Of a stretch of 64,000 nucleotides of DNA, positions 24,926-37,897 are shown one piece after another. Position 1 is the first letter of the stretch, and every line of letters begins with the position of its first letter. The notes under the pieces are model-generated. The model was not told where the DNA came from. It searched no databases and saw nothing but the letters and a program-made list of their open reading frames with translations. The stretch is from Mobula hypostoma. Taxonomy: Eukaryota. Made by a program: the position numbers and the translations under genes. Location: NCBI RefSeq assembly GCF_963921235.1, contig NC_086108.1, positions 35,466,001 to 35,530,000 on the forward strand, written 5' to 3'.

Positions 24926-27022
24926 CCTGGGTGGATTTCAAACCTTGTTAATGAAATGATAAACAGAAGTGTGGTAAATAACAAAGATGATAGCAATAGA
25001 TTTCAAGAGAATACGTGATTGGAAAGAGCAGATGAAATTTAACATTGGAAAATGTGAAGTGACTCATTTTGGCTGGAAGACAGGTGAAACAGTTTATGTA
25101 ATGTTTCTAGTACTGGGAGGTCAGATGGCCATGAAAAACACACACGTGAGACGGAGAGGTGAGGAACAAACATGCTCCTGTTTATTTTACATCATCTACT
25201 CAGATTGCCACCTCACATTACGTTCAGTACATAACACATAGGGAAGATTGACACTTTTAAGGGTCAAACTACACATAACAATTTAAACGACATGATACAA
25301 TTTTGAAAGGGGCATAGGAACAGAGAGTACAGGAGCTACATGTACACAAATTCGTTGTCCTGTAAATGGACAAAAGTAATAAAGTTGCAATATATTTTTA
25401 TTGATCACTGTCTAGGCCTTTGCAGCAGCATAATTTCCAATTGAGAAGCATAAACACTATAAATGGTTGAAATCTGAAATAAAATTGGAAAATGATGGAG
25501 ATACTCAGCAGGTCAGGCTGCACCAGTAGAGAGACAAGCAAATTATGATTGAGCTTGATGGCCGCTGATAGTGCCAGACATTTTCTCTAATTACAATCTC
25601 CATCTCTGGGCCAGTTTAGAAAAAATGCCAGGGTCTTGGATAGGCTAAAGGAGACTTACTATCTTCAAAATCAGAATAAAAATTTATTATCACTGGCAAA
25701 TGTCATGAAATTTGTTGTTCTGCGACAGCTTGGATGCAGGGATGAGTGGCTTCAGTTACGTGGAAAGTCTTGAGATATTCGGCTTGTTCTGCTTAAACAG
25801 CCAGGAGCTCTGAGAAAGGAATGCATTCTAAAAGATTGACTGTTACTCTTTCAGTCTGATGATATCTGAAGATTATTCACTAACCTTGAGGTTATTGAAT
25901 TTTAGCAGCTCTTTATCCTGGTGATTGAATCACCGGAACTACCTCCTCCCACTGTCTTAAGTTCATAAAGATATAGAATCGTACAGCCTAGAAACAGGCC
26001 CTTCAACCCACTGAGTCTGTGCTGAAGCCCAAGGATCCATTTTTAAATCCCCGCACATTCCCAGTAACTCCCTTCAGATTCCACCAGTTGCTAGAGGAGG
26101 TTTGCAGTGGCTAGTCATTGGAATGTGTTCAGTTATCACAGCACCTTGCTTCCTGCATCACTGTTCTACCCCGCTGACTTTAGTGTGTCTGGAGAAGCTC
26201 CTCAGACCTCACAGGCCTCCTCAGGACCTCCCTCCTCCACCAATTCCTTCAGCACCCTGTCCGAACACCACAGAACACTTATGTGACCACAGTGCATAAC
26301 CACCCCCAAACTCGCAGGGCTGCTGATGTTCTACAGTGGGGGTCCAAACCAGTTTCAGTGAATATCCCTCCATAAAGCAGTGCGTTTTGGTGTTAAACGG
26401 CACAAGTTACTGCTAATCAATTGCAACACTGAACTGAGCCAAGTCCTACTGAACTCGGCACCCAATAAGTAGCATTGGAGCTAAATTCATAGTTAGTAGG
26501 CAGTAAATAAAATATTTTTTATTTAGAGATACAGAGCGGAATAAGCCTACTGGCCCTTTGAGGTGCACCTCCCTGCCGCACCTTCTCCCTACCCTGAAAT
26601 AACCTTAGCCTAATCATGGGACAATTTACAATGATCAATTAACCAGCATGAATTTAGACTATGGGAGGAAACTGGAGCACCTGGAGAAAATCCACACGTT
26701 CCACGGGGAAGGTGTACAAACGCCTTGCACAGGATGCTGGAATTGAACTCTGAACTCAGACGCCCTGTGCGATGTTACGTTATCGCGGGACCCAATTTGC
26801 ATACTGCCTGCATTACACTGAATGCAACAAAGTTAACCTTGTTTTTCAATCCCTGTCCCAAGTTTGGTGATGAGCGTCATCAGATTTATTTCCAAAAAGT
26901 TCACAGCTCAGAGGGAGCATATTTCAACCCACTCATTATGCTTTGCTGGGATTTTGAAAGAGCTGCAAGTTACCAATCTTGCAAAACTTTAGACAAGATA
27001 AAGGGTCCTTTTAATGACGCAA

Positions 27023-28248
27023 ACAAAAATGCCATCCCCTTCTAGCAATTCCTCCGTCTCCGCCGCATCTGCTCTCAGGATGAGGCTTTTCATTCTAGGA
27101 CGAGGGAGATGTCCTCCTTTTTTAAAGAAAGGGGCTTCCCTTCCTCCACTATCAACTCTGCTCTTAAACGCATCTCCCCCATTTCACGTACATCTGCTCT
27201 CACTCCATCCTCCCGCCACCCCACTAGGAATAGGGTTCCCCGGTCCTCACCTACCACCCCACCAGCCTCCAGGTCCAACATATTATTCTCCGTAACTTCT
27301 GCCACCTCCAATGGGATCCCACCACTAAGCACATCTTTCCCTCCCCCCACCTCTGCTTTCCGCAGGGATCGCTCCCTACGCGACTCCTTTGTCCATTCGT
27401 CCCCCTCATCCCTCCCAACTGATCTCCCTCCTGTCACTTATCCTTGTAAGTGGAACAAGTGCTACACATGCCCTTACACTTCCTCCCTTACCACCATTCA
27501 GGGCCCCAAACAGTCCTTCCAGGTGAGGCGACACTTCACCTGTGAGTCGGCTGGGGTGATATACTGCGTCCAGTGCTCCCGATGTGGCCTTCTATATATT
27601 GGCGAGACCCGACGCAGACTGGGAGACCGCTTTGCTGAACACCTACGCTCTGTCCGCCAGAGAAAGCAGGATCTCCCAGTGGCCACACATTTTAATTCCA
27701 CATCCCATTCCCATTCTGACATTGTCTATCCATGGCCTCCTCTACTGTAAAGATGAAGCCACACTCAGGTTGGAGGAACAACACCTTATATTCCGTCTGG
27801 GTAGCCTACAACCTGATGGCATGAACATCGACTTCTCTAACTTCCGCTAATGCCCCACCTCCTCCTCGTACCCCATCCGTTATTTATTTTTATACACACA
27901 TTCTTTCTCTCACTCTCCTTTTTCTCCCTCTGTCCCTCTGACTATACCCCTTGCCCATCTTCTGGGTTCCCCCCTCTCCCACCTTGTCTTTCTCCCCGGA
28001 CCTCCTGTCCCATGATCCTCTCGTATCCCCTTTTGCCTATCACCTGTCCAGCTCTTGGCTCCATCCCTCCCCCTCCTGTCTTCTCCTATCATTTTGGATC
28101 TCCCCCTCCCCCTCCCACTTTCAAATCTCTTACTAACTCTTCCTTCAGTTAGTCCTGACGAAGGGTCTCGGCCTGAAACGTCGACTGTACCTCTTCCTAA
28201 AGATGCTGCCTGGCCTGCTGCGTTCACCAGCAACTTTGATGTGTGTTG
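27023..28248 (+). mobile_element. Penelope-like retroelement, 5'-truncated, with GIY-YIG endonuclease
   Basis: CKWNKCYTC...FTCESAGVIYCVQCSRCGLLYIGETRRRLGDRFAEHLRSV...LRLEEQHLIFRLGSLQPDGMN (frameshifted), pyrimidine-rich 3' region, terminal hammerhead. Confidence 0.92.
28151..28186 (+). ncRNA. Minimal type I hammerhead ribozyme
   Basis: AGTC-CTGACGA-A-GGGT(CTCG)GCCT-GAAAC-GTC^GACT. Stem I AGUC/GACU, complete core, palindromic ACGU stem III, GUC cleavage triplet. Confidence 0.8.
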
Positions 28249-30340
28249 CTGGTCCTTTTAATCAATTTGTTTATGATATCACTGGCAAGAAAAACCTCAG
28301 TGAGCTAATTGCCCTTGAGAGGGTGGTGATAAGCTGACTTGGAAGGCTTGGTTGGTAGGAGAGATTAGTTTGTTTGACCATTTATCATTCAATTTTATGC
28401 TTTATGTCTTTCTTGTCTGACTTAAGTTCTCTAAATAGATTTGATTCCCTATGGGTTCCTTGTTTGACCAAGGAAATAGTTACCAATGTGTCATATATTG
28501 ACAGTTGAGAAAGGGGTGTCAGATTTTTCAGGTATTTCATTACAGAAGGGAAGAAACTGTACATTGAAAGAGAAAGAATTATAAGTATTGTAGTTACCGA
28601 AGCAATTATCAGACTAAAAAGGCACTGGAAAAAAATGAAACGATCAGGAAAATTAAATAGGAAGTGAAGGAGGAAGAACCAATCCATTGGATAGGATTCC
28701 TACAATAGTTCATGTTAGGCACGTAAGGATGTGAGAGTTGCTTCCATGAAAGAGAAAATATATGAAATAAGCTTGTTTTCTTGGTTCTTGCTTACTATTT
28801 CTCTTGATCTTCAGGACTTGATTTTGACACATGGTTAGCCTGAGGTATTGCCTGTTAGTGCATTCAGGCAGTTAGGATTTTGTGGGTGAAACATGCAAGA
28901 GTCATTTTCTGTGCTTAACAAAAGCCGCAGCCCATCACTGACAAGCGAACAAGCAGTTGCCTTACACCAATGTAATTACATCAGACATCATCTCTTGAAG
29001 TGAATACAGCAACTCTATGATGGTGTTAGTGAATCATATAGAACAGATTCCATTGTGAACAATATGTGTTGTCTGTCACCCATTATACTACCCTACAACA
29101 GCATTGCTCTTCTGAATGCAGTGACATTGGGAATGGAATTAGACCTTTCTGCATGAGCGAAAATAGCCACAATCTGTAGAAGTGGAAAAATGTTAACTGA
29201 ATCAGACACACTGCTTTTCATTCTGTGGCTTTCTGCAGAATGTCGCTGGTGCCTTCATTGCATGTTGTGGTTGCGTGGGAACTGAAAACTGCTCTTTTGA
29301 GACACTAACCTTAGTTCAAAAGTACTTTGTAACTTCAAGTTTATTGGGTTTTTTTTTTGTTTGCAGTTCTGAGCACATGAAAAAATGGGATTTTTCCTTT
29401 TCTGAAATACTGTTATGACTGATGTGAGATGGAGTGATATGATATATCAGTATGATTTTTCTTTCTTTTCCCATATTAACTTCTTCAAGCCTATCTCATT
29501 TTACGAATCCTTCAGACACGTTTTGGGTCACCGCCATGTTCAACCATTCCAGTCGTTTCTAGTCAGAGTTTATTTTGCAGCCCCCCCCCCTGCAATATCC
29601 TGGAGTTCATACTAGCCAATGCTGCCACTATCAAAATTTGAATTCATTTATCAGCCTTGTACTTGCTGTGCATCAAAACACTGAGCTTAAGTATTAATTC
29701 TTTCTTTAGATCCCATCTTGAATCTTTTTGACCATCATGCCACTCGCAACACTCCAATTCTGTAAAGTTCTCAATATATGTTTCACAGCAAGATACCAGA
29801 AATCCTGCAGTTCGAGCCTCTTACAGCTTCATCGCTTCAGAATTGGCAGCCTTGATTTTCCAAAGCTCTTACCTGACTAAAACATTCTGCTTGTCTTTCT
29901 TTCTTAAAGAAGCATCTTAAAATCAACTGTAGGGTAATGTAATTGGTGGAAACATAATAACTCACAACCACCAACAGCCTTTAAGAGGCCACTTGATGTG
30001 ATGAGATAATTATGTAAAAGACTTTTACCATGCTTTGTGCTCAGTTTTGAGAGTTCAGTAAATGAGTTGTTATGGATTTTCTTCAACATTAAATGCCTCA
30101 CATCGTTTAATTTGCAAAAACCTACACAATGTCTTTTATAATACATTTAGTCAGTTCTCCTATCTTGCCTATCCTGTTTCAGCATTAAATGTGGGGCACT
30201 TAGGGAGATCTTCCTACATTAAAAGCACTATTGAAATACAGATTGTTGTTTGTGTAACACCGGTTCATACCTCACTAAAACTGGTATAACTCCAAAATAT
30301 AAAACTAATCAAAATAAAAACAAGGAAGCCAACAGATGTG

Positions 30341-30436
30341 AGTCCTGACGAAGGGTCTCGGCCCGAAACATCGACTGTACCTCTTCCTAGAGATGCTGCC
30401 TGGCCTGCTGTGTTCACCAGCAACTTTGATGTGTGT
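30341..30436 (+). ncRNA. ~96-bp Penelope terminus consisting of hammerhead plus tail
   Basis: AGTC CTGACGA A GGGT CTCG GCCC GAAAC ATC GACT then gatgctgcctggcctgctg...gatgtgtgt, inserted into an LTR. Confidence 0.7.
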
Positions 30437-30689
30437 CCAAGTTAATTTTTTTACTTTAAGTGAAGTGTGAGTATATATGATGTGGCAGTGTCATGACGCA
30501 TGCAATTTACGCACTTTTACATATAACCTGTACTACGTTATTTAAATGAACACGAATGATTAATTAAACTATGTATTTATAATATACTCATATACTAGTG
30601 ATATATTAAATACACAACACTTCTCCCTGCTTAGCTATAAATAAATCAATATAGAATGCATCTCAATTTATATATATAGTATATACAAT

Positions 30690-32016
30690 ATCAGAATCAG
30701 GTTTATTATCACAGGCATGTGATGTGAAATTCGTTAACTCCGCAGCAGCATTTCAATGCAATACATAATCTAGCAGAGAGAAAAAAAAATAAAACATAAT
30801 AATAAACAAGTAAATCAATTACATATATTGAATAGATTATTAAAAATTGTACAAAAACAGAAATACTGTATATTAAAAAAAGTGAGGTAATGTCCAAAGC
30901 TTCAAAGGAATCGGATGGCAGAGGGGAAGAAGCTGTTCCTGAATCGCTGAGTGTGTGCCTTCAGGCTTCTGTACCTCCTACCTGATGATAACAGTGAGAA
31001 AAGGGCACACCCTGGGAGCTGGAGGTCTTTAATAATGGATGCTGCCTTTCCGAAACACCGCTCCCTAAAGATGTCCTGGGTACTTTGTAGGCTAGTGCCC
31101 AAGATGGAGCCGACTAGATTTACAACTTTCTGCAGCTTCTTTCGGTCCTGTGCAGTAGCCCCTCCATACCAGACAGTGATGCAGCCTGTCAGAATGCTCT
31201 CTCCACGGTACAACTATAGAAGTTTTTGAGTGTATTTGTTGACATGCCAAATCTCTTCAAACTCTTAATAAAGTATAGCCGCTGTCTTGTCTTCTTTATG
31301 ACTACATCAATATGTTGGGACCAGGTTATATCCTCAGAAATCTTGACACCCAGGAACTTGAAGCTGCTCACTCTCTCCACTTCTGATCCCTCTATGAGGA
31401 TTGGTACGTGTTTCTTCGTCTTACCCTTCCTGAAGTCCACAATCAGCTCTTTCGTCTTACTGACATTGAGTGCCAGGTTGTTGCTGCAGCACCATTCCAC
31501 TAGTTGGCATATCTCACTCCTGTACACCTTCTCGTCACCACCTGAGATTCTACCAACAATGGTTGTATCGTCAGCAAATTTATAGATGGTATTTGAACTA
31601 TGCCTAGCCACACAGTCATGTGTATATAGAGAGTAGAGCAGTGGGCTAAGCACATACCCCTGAGGTGCGCCAATCTTGATCGTCAGCGAAGAGGATATGT
31701 TATCACCAATCTGCACAGACTGTGGTCTTCCGGTTAGGAAGCTGAGGATCCAATTACAGAGGAAGATACAGAGGCCCAGGTTGCACAACTTCTCAATCAG
31801 GATTGTGGGAACGATGGTATTAAATGCTGAGCTATAGTCGATGAACAGCATGTTTGCATTGTCTAAGTGTTCCAAAGCCATGTGAAGAGCCATGGAGATT
31901 GTGCCTGCCATTGACCTATTGTGACGATAGGCAAACTGCAAAGGGTCCACGTCCTTGCTGAGGCAGGAGTTCAGTCTAGTCATAACCAACCTCTCAAAGC
32001 ATTTCATCACTGTCGA
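30690..32016 (-). mobile_element. Rex1/Babar LINE 3' half, inserted in the LTR element
   Basis: [11 protein letters not shown]...DPLQFAYR...[11 protein letters not shown]...[17 protein letters not shown]...KFADDTT. Confidence 0.92.
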
Positions 32017-34289
32017 TGGAGATATATATATATACACACACACATATACTATATATACAATATACTATATGATACAACTATAAAGACATCCACAGCATAG
32101 CAAATTTTGAAACCATAACTTGACTTCTTATTCTTTTCTCTTCCCTGTGCAGTCCATTTATTTTTGTCTTTGTATGTGTCCTACTTTGTTGCATTTCCTG
32201 CAGATTTTCTCTTTTAAACCTGTATTGGTCTTGTGTTTGTGAGCCCCTACCACAACGGTAACACAATCTGCTTGGTCAGGCAGGTTTCTGTTTTTACGTT
32301 ACACTCTTGTTCACACTCACTGTCATTCCTGGCTGCAACTCAATTGTGTCTCTGTCCGTGGAATTGCTCTTTTAAATGTAAGTTGTGCTCCAGTTGGGAG
32401 CCGTTTTTGAATGCCTTATTTTAATATTCCACAAACTAAATGACCTCTCAGTGCATCATTAAGCCCATCACTGGACTGACAATGTTCAAACAATCTCTTC
32501 AATTCAGTCATGCAGGCTCCTCGTTTTATGAAATCTGAAGTATTCTGCAACCCAAAATGTTTTTGGTTCTAATTGTCCCATCCTCATCGCCACTGTTATG
32601 TTTTGCAACTCCAAAACATAAAACTAATCAAAATAAAAACAAGGGATCAAAGAGATGTGAGTCTAATTTCTTTTTTTTACTTTAAACAAGGTGCACACAT
32701 ATATGACATGATGGTGTCAAGCCTATTGAAATTCATGCACTTTTACGTATAACCCGTAATGCATCATTTAAACAAGCAAAAATGTTTAATCAAACCATAT
32801 ATATACACAAAATTACTCAAATACTACTGATATATTAAATATACAAAACAACCTTTTCTCTTTATGTAAATACGTGAATAAAAGAAGAAACCCCAAGCTG
32901 TGTATGTTTGGTGATTAGTTAAAAGGTGCATGTGAGGTTTTGTTTTAAACAAACTTCTGGTTGTAAATTCCATTGAGTAACTTCTTAAATAAACATTTTG
33001 AAAATACACTTCAAAGTGTCAAAGTTAATTTAGACATACCAGAATAGATACCGGGTTTGTAAGGGAGATAGAGTAAGTTGTGTAATGGGAAGACGTTGCT
33101 GTAGCCCTTACACTTTATTCTGCATTCTGTCATAGTTTTACCTAGTATAACCTCAATGCACCATGTAATGATTTGATCTGTATGAACAATATGCAAGCCA
33201 AGCTTTTCACTATACATTGGTAAATGTGACAATAATAAACCAATTCCAATTACAATTCTACCTCGTTTCATCCCAATGTTCTCCCCTTCTATCTAAGGTA
33301 GAGTGTCATTTGTGCAATTAATAATAAATATATCATGTTTGCCACACGTTTTGTTAGTTGACTAGAGAGCTGAGTTCGACACTACTCTCGTTTCACCTTT
33401 ACATATGGTAGTGGACACTGAGTAATGGTTAGGAGTGGTGATCCTTACTGAGTTTTGAGTTCCATCTTTTCTCAGGGCAATCAAAGTATCTCTTATTTTG
33501 GCTCAATATCAGGCTAGCAGAGCACAGACTGAACTGCATGGCTTGGTTCACAGGACTCTGGACATTTATCTACTAAATCATACTAATCAGCCAATATTCT
33601 TACAGAATAAGTGACCTCCAGCAACATTAATTGCATAAATATAAATGGCTTTAGCTTTATGAAACACTATTTCCTATTTTGTCACTAAAACCAATTCTGC
33701 TGGGATAGTCTGCAGTAGTGTAAAACAATCTATGAGCCAGCTATGGCTGGACTAAAACTATGAACCCGTAACCACCTGCTAGTTTGTTCAGATTAGATCA
33801 GACTCTAACATGGGTGACTTGCAAAGTTGTGTAATTAAGCTCCTTTGAAATCACATTCTAGTATTTCTGAGACCTTATCCAGTAGGTACCAGTTTGGCAG
33901 GTGCTTGTTAATCAAATATGCCATTTAACCCAACATTGACCTGGTGGCTTACCATTCCCTCTGAAGCATTGGTTACAGGCGTCTCCTGGTGTGTGATGTC
34001 CTGGATGACCAAGATAATATAAAAAGCTTCACATGATGAGTCTTTTTCACTATTCATGCTGTAAGAGTTTTGCAATGTCTTCCAACATGCAGCTGCAAAT
34101 TTGATGATACTTTTGCAGGAAAAAGCACTTGTGTTTCAGAGGCATAAGAGATTCTGCAGAGACTGGAAAGCTTGGGCAATACAAAAAAAATGCTGGAGGG
34201 TGGCACAATGGTTTAGAGTTTTAGCACAACGCTCACAAGTACCAGACACCAGAGTTCGATGCCCACTGCTGTCTTTTGCTGTCAGGGAA

Positions 34290-37200
34290 TCAAATTAAAG
34301 AGGGGGGGCGAGAGGAGGTTAGTTCACAACAGGGGGATGGGAACCAGTGCAGAGAGACAGAGGGGTGTAAAGTGAGGGTAGAAGCAAAAAGTACTAAGGA
34401 GAAAAGTAAAAGTGGCAGGCCGACAAATCCAGGGCAAGCAATAAAAAGGGCCACTTTTTAACATAATTGTATAAGGGCTAAGAGAGTTGTAAAAGAGCGC
34501 CTGAAGGCTTTGTGTGTCAATGCAAGGAGCATTCGTAATAAGGTGGATGAATTGAAAGTGCAGATTGTTATTAATGATTATGATATAGTTGGGATCACAG
34601 AGACATGGCTCCAGGGTGACCAAGGATGGGAGCTCAACGTTCAGGGATATTCAACATTCAGGAGGGATAGACATGAAGTAAGGGGAGGTGGGGTGGCCTT
34701 GCTGGTTAAAGAAGAGATTAACGCAATAGAAAGGAAGGACATAAGCCGGGAAGATGTGGAATCGATATGGGTAGAGCTGCGTAACACTAAGGGGCAGAAG
34801 ACGCTGGTGGAAGTTGTGTACAGGCCACCTAACAGTAGTAGTGAGGTCGGAGATGGTATTAAACAGGAAATTAGAAATGTGTGCAATAAAGGAACAGCAG
34901 TTATAATGGGTGACTTCAATCTACATGTAGATTGGGTGAACCAAATTGGTAAAGGTGCTGAGGAAGAGGATTTCTTGGAATGTATGCGGGATGGTTTTTT
35001 GAACCAACATGTCGAGGAACCAACTAGAGAGCAGGCTATTCTGGACTGGGTTTTGAGCAATGAGGAAGAGTTAATTAGCAATCTTGTCGTGAGAGGCCCC
35101 TTGGGCAAGAGTGACCATAATATGGTGGAATTCTTCATTAAGATGGAGAGTGACATAGTTAATTCAGAAACAAAGGTTCTGAACTTAAAGAGGGGTAACT
35201 TTGAAGGTATGAGACGTGAATTAGCTAAGATAGACTGGCAAATGACACTTAAAGGATTGACGGTGGATATGCAATGGCAAGCATTTAAAGGTTGCATGGA
35301 TGAACTACAACAATTGTTCATCCCAGTTTGGCAAAAGAATAAATCAGGGAAGGTAGTGCACCCGTGGCTGACAAGAGAAATTAGGGATAGTATCAATTCC
35401 AAAGAAGAAGCATACAAATTAGCCAGAGAAAGTGGCTCACCTGAGGACTGGGAGAAATTCAGAGTTCAGCAGAGAAGGACAAAGGGCTTAATTAGGAAGG
35501 GGAAAAAAGATTATGAGAGAAAACTGGCAGGGAACATAAAAACGGACTGTAAAAGCATTTATAGATATGTAAAAAGGAAAAGACTGGTAAAGAGAAATGT
35601 AGGTCTCCTACAGACAGAAACAGATGAATTGATTATGGGGAGCAAGGACATGGCAGACCAATTGAATAATTACTTTGGTTCTGTCTTCACTAAGGAGGAC
35701 ATAAATAATATTCCAGAAATAGTAGGGGACAGGGGGTCCAGTGAGATGAAGGAACTGAGCGAAATACATGTTAGTAGGGAAGTGGTGTTAGGTAAATTGA
35801 AGGGATTGAAGGCAGATAAATCCCCAGGGCCAGGTGGTCTGCATCCTAGAGTGCTTAAGGAAGTAGCCCAAGGAATAATGGATGCATTAGTGATAATTTT
35901 TCAAAACTCGTTAGATTCTGGACTAGTTCCTGAGGATTGGAGGGTGGCTAATGTAACCCCACTTTTTAAAAAAGGAGGGAGAGAGAAACCGGGGAATTAT
36001 AGACCGGTTAGTCTAACGTCGGTGGTGGGGAAACTGCTGGAGTCAGTTATCAAGGATGTGATAACAGCACATTTGGAAAGCAGTGAAATGATCGGACAAA
36101 GTCAGCATGGATTTGTGAAAGGAAAATCATGTCTGACGAATCTCATAGAATTTTTTGAGGATGTAACTAGTAGAGTGGATAGGGGAGAACCAGTGGATGT
36201 GGTATATTTGGATTTTCAAAAGGCTTTTGACAAGGTCCCACACAGGAGATTAGTGTGCAAACTTAAAGCACACGGTATTGGGGGTAGGGTATTGATGTGG
36301 ATGGAGAATTGGTTAGCAGACAGGAAGCAAAGAGTGGGAATAAACGGGACCTTTTCAGAATGGCAGGCGGTGACTAGTGGGGTACCGCAAGGCTCAGTGC
36401 TGGGACCCCAGTTGTTTACAATATATATTAATGACTTGGATGAGGGAATTAAATGCAGCATCTCCAAGTTTGCGGATGACACAAAGCTGGGTGGCAGTGT
36501 TAGCTGTGAGGAGGATGCTAAGAGGATGCAGAGTGACTTGGATAGGTTGGGTGAGTGGGCAAATTCATGGCAGATGCAATTTAATGTGGATAAATGTGAA
36601 GTTATCCACTTTGGTGGCAAAAATAGGAAAACAGATTATTATCTGAATGGTGGCCGATTAGGAAAAGGGGAGGTGCAACGAGACCTGGGTGTCATTATAC
36701 ACCAGTCATTGAAAGTGGGCACGCAGGTACAGCAGGCGGTGAAAAAGGCAAATGGTATGCTGGCATTTATAGCGAGAGGATTCGAGTACAGGAGCAGGGA
36801 GGTACTACTGCAGTTGTACAAGGCCTTGGTGAGACCACACCTGGAGTATTGTGTGCAGTTTTGGTCCCCTAATCTGAGGAAAGACATCCTTGCCATAGAG
36901 GGAGTACAAAGAAGATTCACCAGATTGATTCCTGGGATGGCAGGACTTTCATATGAAGAAAGACTGGATGAACTGGGCTTGTACTCGTTGGAATTTAGAA
37001 GATTGAGGGGGGGATCTGATTGAAACGTATAAAATCCTAAAGGGATTGTACAGGCTAGATGCAGGAAGATTGTTCCCGATGTTGGGGAAGTCCAGAACAA
37101 GGGGTCACAGTTTGAGGATAAAGGGGAAGCCTTTTAGGACCGAGATTAGGAAAAACTTCTTCACACAGGGAGTGGTGAATCTGTGGAATTCTCTGCCACA

Positions 37201-37402
37201 GGAAACAGTTGAGGCCAGTTCATTGGCTATATTTAAGAGGGAGTTAGATATGGCCCTTGTGGCTACGGGGGTCAGGGGGTATGGAGGGAAGGCTGGGGCG
37301 GGGTTCTGAGTTGGATGATCAGCCATGATCATAATAAATGGCGGTGCAGGCTCGAAGGGCCGAATGGCCTACTCCTGCACCTATTTTCTATGTTTTCTAT
37401 GT
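34290..37402 (+). mobile_element. CR1 LINE family A, copy 2 (ORF2 APE+RT nearly complete), inserted in a V-SINE
   Basis: 837-aa ORF 34510-37023 (NARSIRNK, GITETWL, SDHN, RT), with a +1 frameshift in a G run near 37010. SINE head at 34196-34285 and V domain at 37403-37570. Confidence 0.97.
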
Positions 37403-37897
37403 TTTCTCCTCCGGGTGCGCCAGTTTCCTCCACATCTCAAAGAAGTACCAATCGGTCAGTTAATAGGTCATCATTGTAAATTGCCCCATGATTAGGCTAG
37501 GGTTAAGTTAGGAGATTGCCAGGTGGTGCGGCTTGAAGGCCTAGAAGGGCGTCTTCCATGCTCAATAAATGAATAAATTTGGTTCTGTTGAAGGATCTTG
37601 GCCGGAAATATCAATTGTTTATCGACATGGAGCAATGGACCGCCTTCTCCCAGGATATGCCCTCTTCTCCTGGCTACCATCAACGAAGATCTACAGGAGC
37701 CAGACAACACACTTTCAATGTTTCAGGAACAGCTTCTTCCCTTCCACCATCATATTTCTGAATAGGTAATAAACCCATGAACGCTGCCTCATCATTTTTT
37801 CCTCTCTTTTTGAACGACTTATTTAATTTAATTTTCTTTTTTACATTTGTATATATCTTACTGTAATATATATAATTTTAATACCATGTATTACAAT

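Larger units (their letters stand above)
30280..32850 (-). mobile_element. Non-autonomous Gypsy LTR element
   Basis: Diverged LTRs ~30280-30619 and 32594-32850. PBS rc TGGCGATGAGGAT (32580-32592), PPT rc CAGGGAGAAG (30620-30629), gag Zn-knuckle remnant CYRCGRG...CRKCNKVGH (~32170-32266). Confidence 0.75.
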
